Positions 21,566 through 32,939 of a stretch of 56,848 nt of DNA are shown one piece after another. Within the stretch, counting starts at the first letter, position 1; each line of letters starts with the position of its first letter. The stretch comes from an uncultured Candidatus Saccharibacteria bacterium. GTDB taxonomy: Bacteria > Patescibacteriota > Minisyncoccia > Phycocordibacterales > UBA5272. The stretch covers positions 1-56,848 of the forward strand of contig CAYOQQ010000004.1 in the NCBI GenBank assembly GCA_964406165.1, given 5' to 3'. A program made the translations under genes and the position numbers. Below the pieces are notes generated by a model that did no database searches, was not told the origin of the DNA, and worked only from the letters and a program-made list of their open reading frames with translations.

Positions 21566-22270
21566 ATGTCAAACACATTTACAAAAAATAGTTTCCGTGG
21601 ATTCACCCTTATTGAGCTTCTCGTGGTTATCGCCATCATTGGTCTCCTTTCAACAATTATTGCTGCACCTATTCAGAGTGCTCGTAAGAAGGCTCGTGAT
21701 GCTAAGAAGATTGCCGAACTAAAGAGTACACAGCTTGCGTTTGAACAGTACGCTGAATCTAACTCAGCACAGTACCCGACAACTCTCTCTGCACTTTCTC
21801 CTCAGTTCATGCCTGTTCTTCCAACGTTTGCTGCTTCTACAACATCTAATCAGCGTGACTCATTCCTTTACACATATTACACAGCGTCATCTACTGGTGC
21901 TCAGAGTCAAATCTTCGCATATCACTTCGGTGTTAAGCTAGAAGTGTACGGTCCTGCTCTTGAAACTGACCGTGACTGTAAAGGTGCTGACCTTACTGAT
22001 CAGCTCGCTATCCCACTTTGTGCTGTATACAACGGTAACTACATGGTTGGAACTCGTGTAGCTACTGGTAACCAAATTCCATTTGCTAGTATGGCTTCAA
22101 CAACTGGAGGGGGTCAAGCTCCTAACAGTATCACCGGAACAGACTTCGAAGCTTCAAGTTCTACAGCCGCTGTATCAAGTGCTCTAGGTATCTCAATCTA
22201 CACAGAAAACTCAACTACAACTTGTATTGCTATCAACGACTGTATCTTCGATATTACGTCTCAGCAATAA
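21566..22270 (+). CDS. pilA: type IV pilin, copy 2 (protein identical to copy 1)
   Basis: Its 234-aa translation is identical to 20035-20739. Confidence 0.8.
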   Translation: MSNTFTKNSFRGFTLIELLVVIAIIGLLSTIIAAPIQSARKKARDAKKIAELKSTQLAFEQYAESNSAQYPTTLSALSPQFMPVLPTFAASTTSNQRDSFLYTYYTASSTGAQSQIFAYHFGVKLEVYGPALETDRDCKGADLTDQLAIPLCAVYNGNYMVGTRVATGNQIPFASMASTTGGGQAPNSITGTDFEASSSTAAVSSALGISIYTENSTTTCIAINDCIFDITSQQ

Positions 22271-22294
22271 TTCTTTAGTAGGAAACTGTTAATT

Positions 22295-23059
22295 GTGTTG
22301 TCTATCTTAGCTTTCATTTACGGTGCATCTATTGGAAGTTTTGCACAAGTTGTTGCTTCACGACTACACGTAGCACCTATTATGAAAGGACGTAGCAAGT
22401 GCCTCTCCTGCGGAGAGGCACTTCGCGTTTCTGACCTGGTTCCAATTTTCTCTTATCTTTTCCTCGGTGGTAAGTGTAGATACTGTAAAAGCTCGTATGG
22501 AGTATCTGCGCTTGTCGTTGAAGTGCTTTTTGGGATTACTTTTCTTCTTCTCTATAAATGTATCTTGGTTGGTCAGGTGTCAATGTTTATTAGCTTACTC
22601 TGGCTTGTTTACTACACAGCACTCTTTATTGTGCTAGGTGTTATGGCTTTATATGATAGAGCTCATTCATATATACCAATTCAATTCCTTTCTGCCTTCT
22701 TAGTATTGTGTGGTGGTATGTTTGTCTTGAGAGTTATTGAAGATCCAAGCCTCACCACAATTCTCTCCCCACTATTTGTCGCTCTCCCATTTCTTCTTAT
22801 CTGGTTAGTAACTAAAGGAAAGGGATTAGGGTTTGGAGATGTCATTCTATTCTTTGGAGTAGGGGCATTCTTCGGATCGTTACAGGGGTTTGCTGTGCTT
22901 ATGATTTCTGTATGGACAGGAGCTTTATGGGGGCTTTATGTTAAATTTGTCCTTACTAAGAAGAAGGGGTATACCGCTATTCCCTTTGTACCGTTTATAG
23001 TTCTAGGGTTCCTGTTTGTGTTATTCACAGGTATTGATGTGTTTATGTTCCAGTTTTAG
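22295..23059 (+). CDS. pilD: prepilin peptidase, copy 2 (probably the ancestral full-length C-terminus)
   Basis: Identical to copy 1 through residue 251, then FQF*. Confidence 0.8.
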   Translation: MLSILAFIYGASIGSFAQVVASRLHVAPIMKGRSKCLSCGEALRVSDLVPIFSYLFLGGKCRYCKSSYGVSALVVEVLFGITFLLLYKCILVGQVSMFISLLWLVYYTALFIVLGVMALYDRAHSYIPIQFLSAFLVLCGGMFVLRVIEDPSLTTILSPLFVALPFLLIWLVTKGKGLGFGDVILFFGVGAFFGSLQGFAVLMISVWTGALWGLYVKFVLTKKKGYTAIPFVPFIVLGFLFVLFTGIDVFMFQF

Positions 23060-23137
23060 TGAACTTTACTTACCGCTGTTCACAGGTATCCTTGTTGTAT
23101 GAGCATTATCTAACGATGTTAGTGCTATTATATATGT

Positions 23138-23797
23138 ATGTCCTTACGGAAAGTATTTTTTGCTAGTTCAATAAAAAAAGGTTTTACACTTGTTGAATTA
23201 ATCGTAACGATATCAATTATGGCAATGATTCTCGGTATAACTATGTCAGGTGGGCCACAGTCGCTTATGCGAATATCATTAGCCGAAAATACATATCAAG
23301 CAGAACTTCTTATTCGTGAGGTTCAATTGCAAGGAAGTAGTATTAATTCGCTTAATAATACGTTTGGCGGAGCAGGGGTTTTTTTTAATCGTGCGAGTTC
23401 GTCGCAGATACTTAAATTTAAAGATCGAGCAATAGCAGATCCGACTCGTGCAATAAGTATTGGGAATGGTCTCTATGATACCATTCCAATAAATGAGAAA
23501 GAATCATTACAAATGATAACCAACAAGCATGCAATTGGGAAGTTATGTGTCGCAACAACAGCACCTTCAGTCTTTTTTTGTAACACAGCAAACAGTCCAG
23601 CAATTAATACACTTACCGTTTCTTTTACTCGACCAAAGCAAGCTGCTCATATTTATATTAACAATTCAACATCTACTGATTATGCGGCAGCTTGCATACA
23701 ATTTGATTCATTTCGGTCGCCAGAGCCTGGTTTTGTAAAATCTATACTTGTGTATAAGTCAGGCATGATAACAAAACGTACAGCAACATGTAATTAA
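23138..23797 (+). CDS. minor pilin / pseudopilin
   Basis: Prepilin signal KKG/FTLVELIVTISIMAMIL. Confidence 0.7.
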   Translation: MSLRKVFFASSIKKGFTLVELIVTISIMAMILGITMSGGPQSLMRISLAENTYQAELLIREVQLQGSSINSLNNTFGGAGVFFNRASSSQILKFKDRAIADPTRAISIGNGLYDTIPINEKESLQMITNKHAIGKLCVATTAPSVFFCNTANSPAINTLTVSFTRPKQAAHIYINNSTSTDYAAACIQFDSFRSPEPGFVKSILVYKSGMITKRTATCN

Positions 23798-23798
23798 T

Positions 23799-24455
23799 AT
23801 GAGTACAACACTTTTCAAAAATAATAAGCTAAAGGGATATTCACTTGTGGAAATACTAGTTGTGTTAGGGTTATTTTCTTCTATTGCGACCTTATCTCTT
23901 GGTGCACTCCTTAATGCACAGTCGGTGAACGCAAGACTCCAAGAGACACAGGCAATTTTAGACAATATGAATCTCTCTACGCAGACGGTTACCCGAGAGA
24001 TTCGCTTTGGGTCTGATTTTTATGGAACATCTACTACACCAGTTGGGGCACTTGCAAGTATTGCAACAGTCCCTACAATTCGTAGGAATTGTCAACCAAC
24101 AGGACCTCAATGTAGTGTACTTATTTTTAAACCATCTGATGCAACAAATGATCTAGATCGTGTGGCATATTATGTAAGTAAAGGGGTTCTCTATAAAGAT
24201 GTATATCCTTATTTAGGTACAACAACAATACTTCAAATGACTTCAGATGATGTGTATATTTCATCATTACGTTTCTATATTGATGGTGCTAATACTTCTT
24301 CAGGAACAAGTGATGATGGTGATTCAATTGATTATAAACAACCTATGGTGACAATTTTCTTATCAGGAGTTACTCGACCACTTAAGGCAGGTACCCCTCC
24401 TGCAACTTTTGATATTCAGACTGTTGTTTCTGCGCGTGAATTAGATAATAAATAA
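23799..24455 (+). CDS. minor pilin / pseudopilin
   Basis: Prepilin signal LKG/YSLVEILVVLGLF. Confidence 0.7.
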   Translation: MSTTLFKNNKLKGYSLVEILVVLGLFSSIATLSLGALLNAQSVNARLQETQAILDNMNLSTQTVTREIRFGSDFYGTSTTPVGALASIATVPTIRRNCQPTGPQCSVLIFKPSDATNDLDRVAYYVSKGVLYKDVYPYLGTTTILQMTSDDVYISSLRFYIDGANTSSGTSDDGDSIDYKQPMVTIFLSGVTRPLKAGTPPATFDIQTVVSARELDNK

Positions 24456-24474
24456 CAAACAAGTAGAAACGTAT

Positions 24475-25359
24475 ATGACATTTTTCAAAAAAACAATTAA
24501 AGGATTCACACTTCTTGAAACACTTGCATCAATTGCGGTGCTTTCTCTTGTTATCATTGGGCCACTCTCAGTCACCATTAGTTCATCAGGATATGCGAGA
24601 CTCACAAAAGATACAATCGTGGCAACATATTTAGCTGAAGAAGCGGTTGAATTGCTTCAGAATCAGTATGATTCGCTCTATATTTATTGTAAGAAAAATG
24701 CGTCTTCTACTGAACTTGGTGGGTACTGTTATCCTCGCACAGACGAGATGACTACGGGTCAAACTGCTTGGAGATTATTTAAGACTAAATTATCAAGTGT
24801 AAAAATAGACCCAGCAGATCCAACTCAGACATCATGTTTTTTACCTAATGATGGTCAGCCGGTGTATACATCTGTGGACCACGGGAATGCTAATGGGTGT
24901 GCTTTTGATGTTAAAAGTTTCCAAGACGCTACCATTACTCAACCACTCCCAAGATATGATGCATCAATAGCTAGTTGTAAGTATTTAGTTCCAGTATCAA
25001 CTTCAACTTCAATTTTGGTTGCAAGTACAACAGGTGGAGGAGTATATAAAGACGGGAGAGAGAATCTCGGCGCAGGAGTAGATAGCCAAACGGGTTACAT
25101 CATGTATACGACAGTTACTGCAACGTCTACTAGCTATGTTTGTAGTGGTGTGCCTGCTCACATTGTTGCGGGAGGATTAGTCCAACCTAAACAATATGCC
25201 AGAACAGTGACCATAGAGCAGTTAAGTACATTTGAGACTGGGGATGCAGATACAGAGTATAGTGACGACTTGCGTATTACTTCAAATGTAAGCTTTAAGG
25301 CACTCAATGGAGTTTCTCACAATGTGAAAATAACACGATTTATGCATGCGCGCCCATAA
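24475..25359 (+). CDS. minor pilin / pseudopilin
   Basis: Prepilin signal IKG/FTLLETLASIAVL. Confidence 0.7.
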   Translation: MTFFKKTIKGFTLLETLASIAVLSLVIIGPLSVTISSSGYARLTKDTIVATYLAEEAVELLQNQYDSLYIYCKKNASSTELGGYCYPRTDEMTTGQTAWRLFKTKLSSVKIDPADPTQTSCFLPNDGQPVYTSVDHGNANGCAFDVKSFQDATITQPLPRYDASIASCKYLVPVSTSTSILVASTTGGGVYKDGRENLGAGVDSQTGYIMYTTVTATSTSYVCSGVPAHIVAGGLVQPKQYARTVTIEQLSTFETGDADTEYSDDLRITSNVSFKALNGVSHNVKITRFMHARP

Positions 25360-25370
25360 TTTTTATTTCT

Positions 25371-26096
25371 ATGTATTTTATTACAAAAAAACGCAATAAA
25401 AAAATTATCGTTAAAGGTTTTATTCTGCCTTTTACTATGCTTATAGCTACGCTTGTATTGTTTGTGACAACTGGTGCACTAGCACTCCTCACTAAGCAAC
25501 AGTACTTTTCCAAGGTGTATAAACAGACACAGGCTGCATACTATGCAGCAGATGACGCTGTTTCCTGTGCAATAACTATTGATGATACATATGTATCAAA
25601 TGACGGTCTCGGGATATTCCCGTCCAGCTCTACAACCCCAGCGGGGCTAGAAGATTTAAGCGCCCCATATGATTATATTGATTCAGTCATTAGTTATATA
25701 AATACTAAACGACAAGCAGAAATTCCTCCTCTTACCCCAGATTTAACAAAAGATGGTATAACGTGTGGTCAAAGTCAGATTTTCGCAGAAGGAGGAAATC
25801 CTAATTTTAATCCACATTTTACAATAACAGATTATAATTACGCATATTATTTTACAAATCCACTCACATCATTGCCAGACAAAGAGTATGGTGTAACTTC
25901 TAGTTTTAATATGCAAATGGATTTAGGTCTTGACCCAGAAGATACATTGGGGACAAGACACCTGTATCGCTGTGCTAAGGTTACTGTTAGTAAGACAGCT
26001 TCATTTAGGCAGGTCATAGCCCAAGGGTACTCATCATGTGAAGGTACAGGAAATGCAATTGAAAGAGCTGTTGTTAATACAACTATCATTCAATAG
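25371..26096 (+). CDS. PilX-like minor pilin (no E+5)
   Basis: VKG/FILPFTMLIATLVLFV hydrophobic N-terminus without Glu5, last gene of the pilin set. Confidence 0.5.
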   Translation: MYFITKKRNKKIIVKGFILPFTMLIATLVLFVTTGALALLTKQQYFSKVYKQTQAAYYAADDAVSCAITIDDTYVSNDGLGIFPSSSTTPAGLEDLSAPYDYIDSVISYINTKRQAEIPPLTPDLTKDGITCGQSQIFAEGGNPNFNPHFTITDYNYAYYFTNPLTSLPDKEYGVTSSFNMQMDLGLDPEDTLGTRHLYRCAKVTVSKTASFRQVIAQGYSSCEGTGNAIERAVVNTTIIQ

Positions 26097-26138
26097 TCAA
26101 GCAGCCTTTTATTTACAAGGTTTTTTGTGATAAACTGA

Positions 26139-28142
<2,004 letters not shown>

Positions 28143-28150
28143 TCACATTT

Positions 28151-28435
28151 ATGTCATTTACAGAACTCGAACTCGATAATCTTTCAAAGCTTGCACGAAT
28201 CGATATTGCGCCAGATGAAAAAGCACAGATGCTTGCTGATATGCAGGCAATTCTTGGCTATATTTCAGAAATCAACTCTATTGAGGGGGAACTTACTCGT
28301 GGAGAGGAAGATGTTTTTAATGTGGTACGAGAGGATGTAGTAACCCGTCCGACTGGTTCTAATACTGATGCAATTCTTGCGAATGCTCCAAAGGTAAAGG
28401 ATGGTTATGTGGAGGTGGAACAAGTTTTAAAATAG
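28151..28435 (+). CDS. gatC: Asp/Glu-tRNA amidotransferase subunit C
   Basis: 94 aa with LSKLARIDI...E in the position upstream of gatA. Confidence 0.85.
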   Translation: MSFTELELDNLSKLARIDIAPDEKAQMLADMQAILGYISEINSIEGELTRGEEDVFNVVREDVVTRPTGSNTDAILANAPKVKDGYVEVEQVLK

Positions 28436-28479
28436 TGTGTAGTCAGTAGCGTATAGCGGGTAGAACATACAAAAAACTT

Positions 28480-29898
28480 ATGCAAAAAACATTACGACAA
28501 TTACATGAAGAATTAAAAAGTGGGGCGCTTACTATTGAAGCGCTTGTTGAAAATGCTAAAAATGTAATTAACGAAAAGGAAAAGGATGTTCATGCATTAC
28601 TTGGAATGTATTCAGATACACTTGTTGAATCACAGATTGCTAAAGCAAAAGAAATGTTCACCGATAAAACAGCGACAGTTCTTACAGGTGTTCCAATTGT
28701 TCTTAAAGATAATATTTTGGTACAGGGTGAAGTTGCGACAGGAGGATCAAAGATTCTCGAGCACTACGTAGCAACATATGACGCAACCGTTGTGAAGAAA
28801 TTGAAAGCTGCAGGAGCTATCTTACTTGGTCGCGCTAACATGGATGAATTCGCGATGGGTGGCTCAACTGAGAATTCGGCGTACGGTGTAACAAAGAACC
28901 CAATTGATATTACAAAAGTTGCAGGAGGGTCATCAGGTGGGTCAGCGGCAGTTGTTGCGTACGGCGGTGTACCAGTATCTCTTGGATCAGATACCGGAGG
29001 ATCTATCAGACAACCAGCCTCATTCTGTGGGCTTGTAGGGCTTAAAACAACTTATGGGGATGTATCTCGTTATGGTCTTATGGCTATGGGGAGTTCACTT
29101 GATCAGATTGGACCGTTTGCACATTCTGTAGAAGATGCTGAAGAGGTATACAAGATAATTACAGGGCACGATGAGCATGATAGTACTTCTTTGCCAGAGA
29201 AAATCCGACAATCCGACAATCCGACTAAAGATATTAAGAAAGTAATCGGTGTGCCACAAACATTTATTTCAAAAGATGGAGTAGACTCTGAAGTGCTTGA
29301 GAATTTTAATTCTTCAATAGAGAAACTTAAGCAAGCAGGATACACAGTCAAGGATATTACTATTAATCATCTTGAAAAGGCACTCTCTGTTTATTATGTG
29401 ATTATGTTTGCAGAAGTATCGAGTAACCTCGCACGATATGATGGTATTCGTTATGGACTCTCTCATCCAGGAGAGACAAGTATCAGGAGTTACTTTGAGT
29501 CACGAACTGCTGGATTCGGACCAGAAGTTCGCCGTCGAATCTTACTCGGTACTTATGTGCTTTCATCTGGATACTATGATGCTTACTATAACAAGGCTAA
29601 CCTTGTACGAGATATGCTCAAGAAAGAATTCGCCCGAGTATTTAAGGATATCGATGTTATCGCAACCCCTACTTCACCAATACCGGCATTTGCAATCGGG
29701 GAGAAGTCACACGACCCACTAGCTATGTATCTTGCTGATATATTCACGGTACCAGTTAATATCGTTGGAGTTCCTGCAATCTCAATTCCTTCAGGAAAGA
29801 CAACGAATGGTCTTCCACTTGGAATGCAATTCATCGCTCCACATATGGCAGAAAATGTTTTGTTTACTATTGGAAAAGAATTTGAGAAATTGGTTTGA
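28480..29898 (+). CDS. gatA: Asp/Glu-tRNA amidotransferase subunit A
   Basis: Amidase signature GGSSGGSAAVVA...GSDTGGSIRQPA. Confidence 0.93.
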   Translation: MQKTLRQLHEELKSGALTIEALVENAKNVINEKEKDVHALLGMYSDTLVESQIAKAKEMFTDKTATVLTGVPIVLKDNILVQGEVATGGSKILEHYVATYDATVVKKLKAAGAILLGRANMDEFAMGGSTENSAYGVTKNPIDITKVAGGSSGGSAAVVAYGGVPVSLGSDTGGSIRQPASFCGLVGLKTTYGDVSRYGLMAMGSSLDQIGPFAHSVEDAEEVYKIITGHDEHDSTSLPEKIRQSDNPTKDIKKVIGVPQTFISKDGVDSEVLENFNSSIEKLKQAGYTVKDITINHLEKALSVYYVIMFAEVSSNLARYDGIRYGLSHPGETSIRSYFESRTAGFGPEVRRRILLGTYVLSSGYYDAYYNKANLVRDMLKKEFARVFKDIDVIATPTSPIPAFAIGEKSHDPLAMYLADIFTVPVNIVGVPAISIPSGKTTNGLPLGMQFIAPHMAENVLFTIGKEFEKLV

Positions 29899-29989
29899 AA
29901 CTGTATTTAGATACTGGATAACACATAAAAACAAAAGCACAGGTTGTGGTACCATATAGATACACACTGTAACTTACAGGGACTTTACT

Positions 29990-31396
29990 ATGTCCATTTC
30001 CATAGATTATCTTTTTAATAGAATATATGACGTGCTGCTTTGGTTTAAGTACACATGGTTGTTTACTATACTTCGTACTGAGCCAGAAAAGTATGTGCAA
30101 GATGTGGAATACAGAGATTGGGACGGTTTACGTGACAGGGGCTGGTTTGATGAATACTTCGCAGCTAAAAGCGCAGCAGTTCCTGAAGCAGATACTCACA
30201 TTTCTTTATGGCAACGAATGCTCGAATCTTTTGGGATGAAGCTCCCTGATAGTGATCTTGATGGTATACCTGATGTTTCTGATACGAGTAAGTATGATAG
30301 TCATAATCTTACAAAAGCTGAATTAAAAGAAAGATTTGAGCCAGACTATACACTGAGCGACCATATTCGTGATGCATTTGGAATTGGGCCGCGAGACTTT
30401 GATAAAGATGGAGTTCCTGATAGTTATGAACTCAAGCATGGAATGAATCCTAAGAACCCAGACACTGACAGAGATAGTATTTTAGATGGAGAAGAGCTTG
30501 CTCAGGGTGCTGACCCACTTAATAGTGATACTGACGGTGATATGGTTTTAGATGGACGAGATGAAGCACCTCTTGATAAAAGTGTTTCATCAATTGGTAA
30601 AGACACAGATGGCGACGGTCTCAGTGATAGAGTCGAAGGGTATCTAGGTAGCGATATTTCAAAAAAAGATACTGATGGAGATAACATTACTGATAACATG
30701 GATACCTATCCGCTTGATCCAGAAAATCTGGGACAAGTTGCTGCTGTTGATTTTGCTAAAGCTGGTGAAGGGCTACATTTTTCTATTCAAAATCCAGTCC
30801 TTGGATTGGTTACGGATATGATATCAGTATTAGTAATCATCATCATGGCAATTTTTGTGTATGTGCTTATGAGATGGGTCTTTACGTTTCTTGCAGGTTT
30901 CGCACATTATGAGCATCATTTCCATCATACGGCTCACCATACACACAAGGTTCATGTTATTCGTGACTCTATGCATGAAGAAGAGACTCATGATACAGAA
31001 GATTCACACGAGATGCCAGCGGGTATCCCAGGACTTCCAATAGGAACTGATGAACATATCCAGACACCATCATTTAAGGAAATGAAAGATCACCCTAAGT
31101 TTGCTGTTATTCAAGGATATCTCAGTAGTCAGAGTGAAGCACTCTGGAGAATAGGAATTATGGAGGCAGATAATGTACTTCTTGAAGTGTTAACAGAGAA
31201 GGGGTATCAAGGTGATGGTGTGGGAGAAAAATTAAAAGGAGCAAGCTTTAAGACAATTGATTTAGCATGGGATGCACATAAGGTTCGAAATAGAATTGCT
31301 CACGAAGGATCTGATTTTGAGTTAACTGAACGAGAGGCGAAGCGAGCTTTCATGCTTTACGAGTCTGTGTTACGTGACTTAAAAGCAATAAGATAG
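29990..31396 (+). CDS. membrane protein with thrombospondin-type-3-like Ca-binding repeats, TM, His-rich linker and a C-terminal helical domain carrying an Rx4H motif
   Basis: At least six D.D.DG..D repeats (DSDLDGIPD, DFDKDGVPD, DTDGDMVLD, DTDGDGLSD, DTDGDNITD). TM VLVIIIMAIFVYVLM, then HYEHHFHHTAHHTHKVH, then WDAHKVRNRIAHEG. Confidence 0.6.
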   Translation: MSISIDYLFNRIYDVLLWFKYTWLFTILRTEPEKYVQDVEYRDWDGLRDRGWFDEYFAAKSAAVPEADTHISLWQRMLESFGMKLPDSDLDGIPDVSDTSKYDSHNLTKAELKERFEPDYTLSDHIRDAFGIGPRDFDKDGVPDSYELKHGMNPKNPDTDRDSILDGEELAQGADPLNSDTDGDMVLDGRDEAPLDKSVSSIGKDTDGDGLSDRVEGYLGSDISKKDTDGDNITDNMDTYPLDPENLGQVAAVDFAKAGEGLHFSIQNPVLGLVTDMISVLVIIIMAIFVYVLMRWVFTFLAGFAHYEHHFHHTAHHTHKVHVIRDSMHEEETHDTEDSHEMPAGIPGLPIGTDEHIQTPSFKEMKDHPKFAVIQGYLSSQSEALWRIGIMEADNVLLEVLTEKGYQGDGVGEKLKGASFKTIDLAWDAHKVRNRIAHEGSDFELTEREAKRAFMLYESVLRDLKAIR

Positions 31397-31412
31397 TGAG
31401 TTGCTGTAGATA

Positions 31413-31440
31413 TTGACTTTTAATATATATGATGTATAAT
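31413..31440 (+). promoter_or_regulatory. sigma70-type promoter for the nuclease gene
   Basis: TTGACT (31413-18), 16-nt spacer, TATAAT (31435-40), with TG immediately upstream. Confidence 0.6.
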
Positions 31441-31474
31441 ATAAATCTTTGTTCTCTTGTAAAAGGACCCAAAT

Positions 31475-32446
31475 ATGAATAAATCAATTCGAGTCGCAGT
31501 AGTTGTTACTGCTACTGTTCTTGTGGCTTCGCTGTGCGCTTGGTCATTTTCCGCAAAGCAGTCTCAAGAATCTGCGCAAGTTGCCACTGCTCCCGCTATT
31601 TTAGGGGTTGCTACGACAACTGATGTTGCAAATGCAACTACTTGTCCGTACATGATGGTGAGCTGGAATCTTGGTAACTTCGGCAAGTCAAAAACTGATG
31701 AAGTTATCAAGAAGATTACTCAAGTTCTAAAAAGTAAAAATGCAGATATTCTTGCAATTCAAGAAGTGACTGCAGGTAAGGGTTTCGGTGCTAAGAAAGT
31801 ATCAGACCTGGCGATGGAACTCACTAACAGTACAGGTGAAGGATGGGATTATGTTGTGAGCGATCCAACTCTACCTACTTCTCCCGGTGTTGAGAGATAT
31901 GCCTATGTGTTTAAGAAAGCAAAGGTCTCAGTGAATCATGACAAGGTGCAGTTGCTCAGTGAGCTTCAAGATCAGATTGATCGTGAACCTTATTACGGGA
32001 CTTTTAGTTTCAAAAATAAGTCTTCACAATCAAAACTCGATGTGATGATGTTCAGTATTCATACTGTTCCAACGGCGAAAAATCCCAAGCTTGAAGTTGA
32101 GACACTTCCGTCATCTGCTACTCTTCAAAAGATTCAGAAGGAAAATCTTCCTGCAATTTTTTCTGGAGACTTCAACCTTGGGCCTGATGCAACCGACCCA
32201 ACATTTGTAACCTTAGGGTTTAAGGGGACGATTAAGCAGAAGACTTCCCTTAAGCAGAAAGTGACAGCGACGGGAGAGTATTTGTTTCATCAGTACGATA
32301 ATGTGTATGTGAAAAACATTCGCGTCTGTGGTTCTGGTGTAATAGATTTTGTTCAGATGTTGTACTTGCCTGTAACTGACGAAAGTCTGGTGCAAGCTCG
32401 TACGGTGAGTGATCACTTGCCAGTTTACGTCAATTTTGGACCTTGA
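31475..32446 (+). CDS. secreted endonuclease/exonuclease/phosphatase (EEP, DNase I-like) family nuclease
   Basis: Signal/anchor sequence plus SWNLGNFG, ADILAIQEV, GDFN and the C-terminal SDHLPVYVNF. Confidence 0.8.
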   Translation: MNKSIRVAVVVTATVLVASLCAWSFSAKQSQESAQVATAPAILGVATTTDVANATTCPYMMVSWNLGNFGKSKTDEVIKKITQVLKSKNADILAIQEVTAGKGFGAKKVSDLAMELTNSTGEGWDYVVSDPTLPTSPGVERYAYVFKKAKVSVNHDKVQLLSELQDQIDREPYYGTFSFKNKSSQSKLDVMMFSIHTVPTAKNPKLEVETLPSSATLQKIQKENLPAIFSGDFNLGPDATDPTFVTLGFKGTIKQKTSLKQKVTATGEYLFHQYDNVYVKNIRVCGSGVIDFVQMLYLPVTDESLVQARTVSDHLPVYVNFGP

Positions 32447-32474
32447 TAGTTTTAGAACCTAATTGGTTCATCAA

Positions 32475-32504
32475 CCCCGATACGAGAGTGTCGGGGTTTT
32501 GTTT
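32475..32504 (+). terminator. intrinsic terminator of the nuclease gene
   Basis: ccccga-N10-tcgggg followed by ttttgttt. Confidence 0.7.
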
Positions 32505-32534
32505 ATAATTTATGTCTATTGATTAAACTAAAGG

Positions 32535-32540
32535 TATAAT
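32535..32540 (+). promoter_or_regulatory. candidate -10 box (GGTATAAT) upstream of module A
   Basis: aaggtataat lies 20 nt upstream of the first conserved block. No good -35. Confidence 0.3.
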
Positions 32541-32560
32541 TAGTTCTTAGATTATTAAAG

Positions 32561-32770
32561 CTAGGAATCGGTCACGGAGACTGTTTCTCGCTTCACTCGA
32601 AACAGTCTCGCTAGGTTCCAAGAACCGAACTTGCTAGTTCGCCCGTATTCGATTTCCTCGCGGTGCGATTTACAAATCGCCTGGCACACAACAAGCAGTT
32701 GTTGTGCTTCCGTTACAGACAAGTAAATAAAAAGAGACGCTGGGGTACAGCGTCTCTTTTTATTTACTTG
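32561..32770 (+). repeat. tRNA-linked structured module Met-A (candidate ncRNA or att scar), including its own terminator hairpin 32733-32762
   Basis: It shares blocks AGGAATCGGTCACG, CCCGTATTCGATTTCCT and GTGCTTCCGTTACAGACAA with module B. Hairpins at 32577-87/32599-609, 32665-80 and 32684-707. Confidence 0.6.
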
Positions 32771-32939
32771 TTGCGGGGACAGGAATCGGTCACGAAATCA
32801 CTTCCTCGCAAGCTCGTCAGAGATGATTTCTCGACCCCGTATTCGATTCCTGGCGCACATGACGCAGGTCATGTGCTTCCATTACAGACAATTAAAAAGA
32901 AAGTAGCACTGATTAACAGTGCTACTTTCTTTTTAATTG
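32771..32939 (+). repeat. tRNA-linked structured module Met-B, including terminator hairpin 32894-32934
   Basis: It starts with a copy of the antisense tRNA-Met 3' end. The exact match is 21 nt (32768-32788 = 32937-32957, so it begins 3 nt before the module boundary). GGAATCG 32782-88 pairs with CGATTCC 32844-50. Hairpin 32855-76 has a GCAG loop. Confidence 0.6.

Larger units (their letters stand above)
20018..23049 (+). repeat. direct tandem duplication, 2 x 1531 bp (pilin + pilD)
   Basis: 20018-21518 matches 21549-23049 wherever compared by eye, and all ORF translations are identical. The 30 bp upstream of each copy are only about 65% similar. Confidence 0.9.

Noticed and set aside
28151-29898. 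gatC-gatA without an adjacent gatB as a possible anomaly
   Set aside because: gatB is frequently encoded elsewhere in bacterial genomes, so this cannot be assessed from one window.
32561-32939. Possibility that the tandem modules are a CRISPR array, a tmRNA or a tRNA pseudogene
   Set aside because: There are no short constant-length direct repeats separated by unique spacers. There is no tRNA-like acceptor/T-arm pairing plus tag ORF as in tmRNA. No cloverleaf can be folded, and only 8-21 nt derive from the tRNA.
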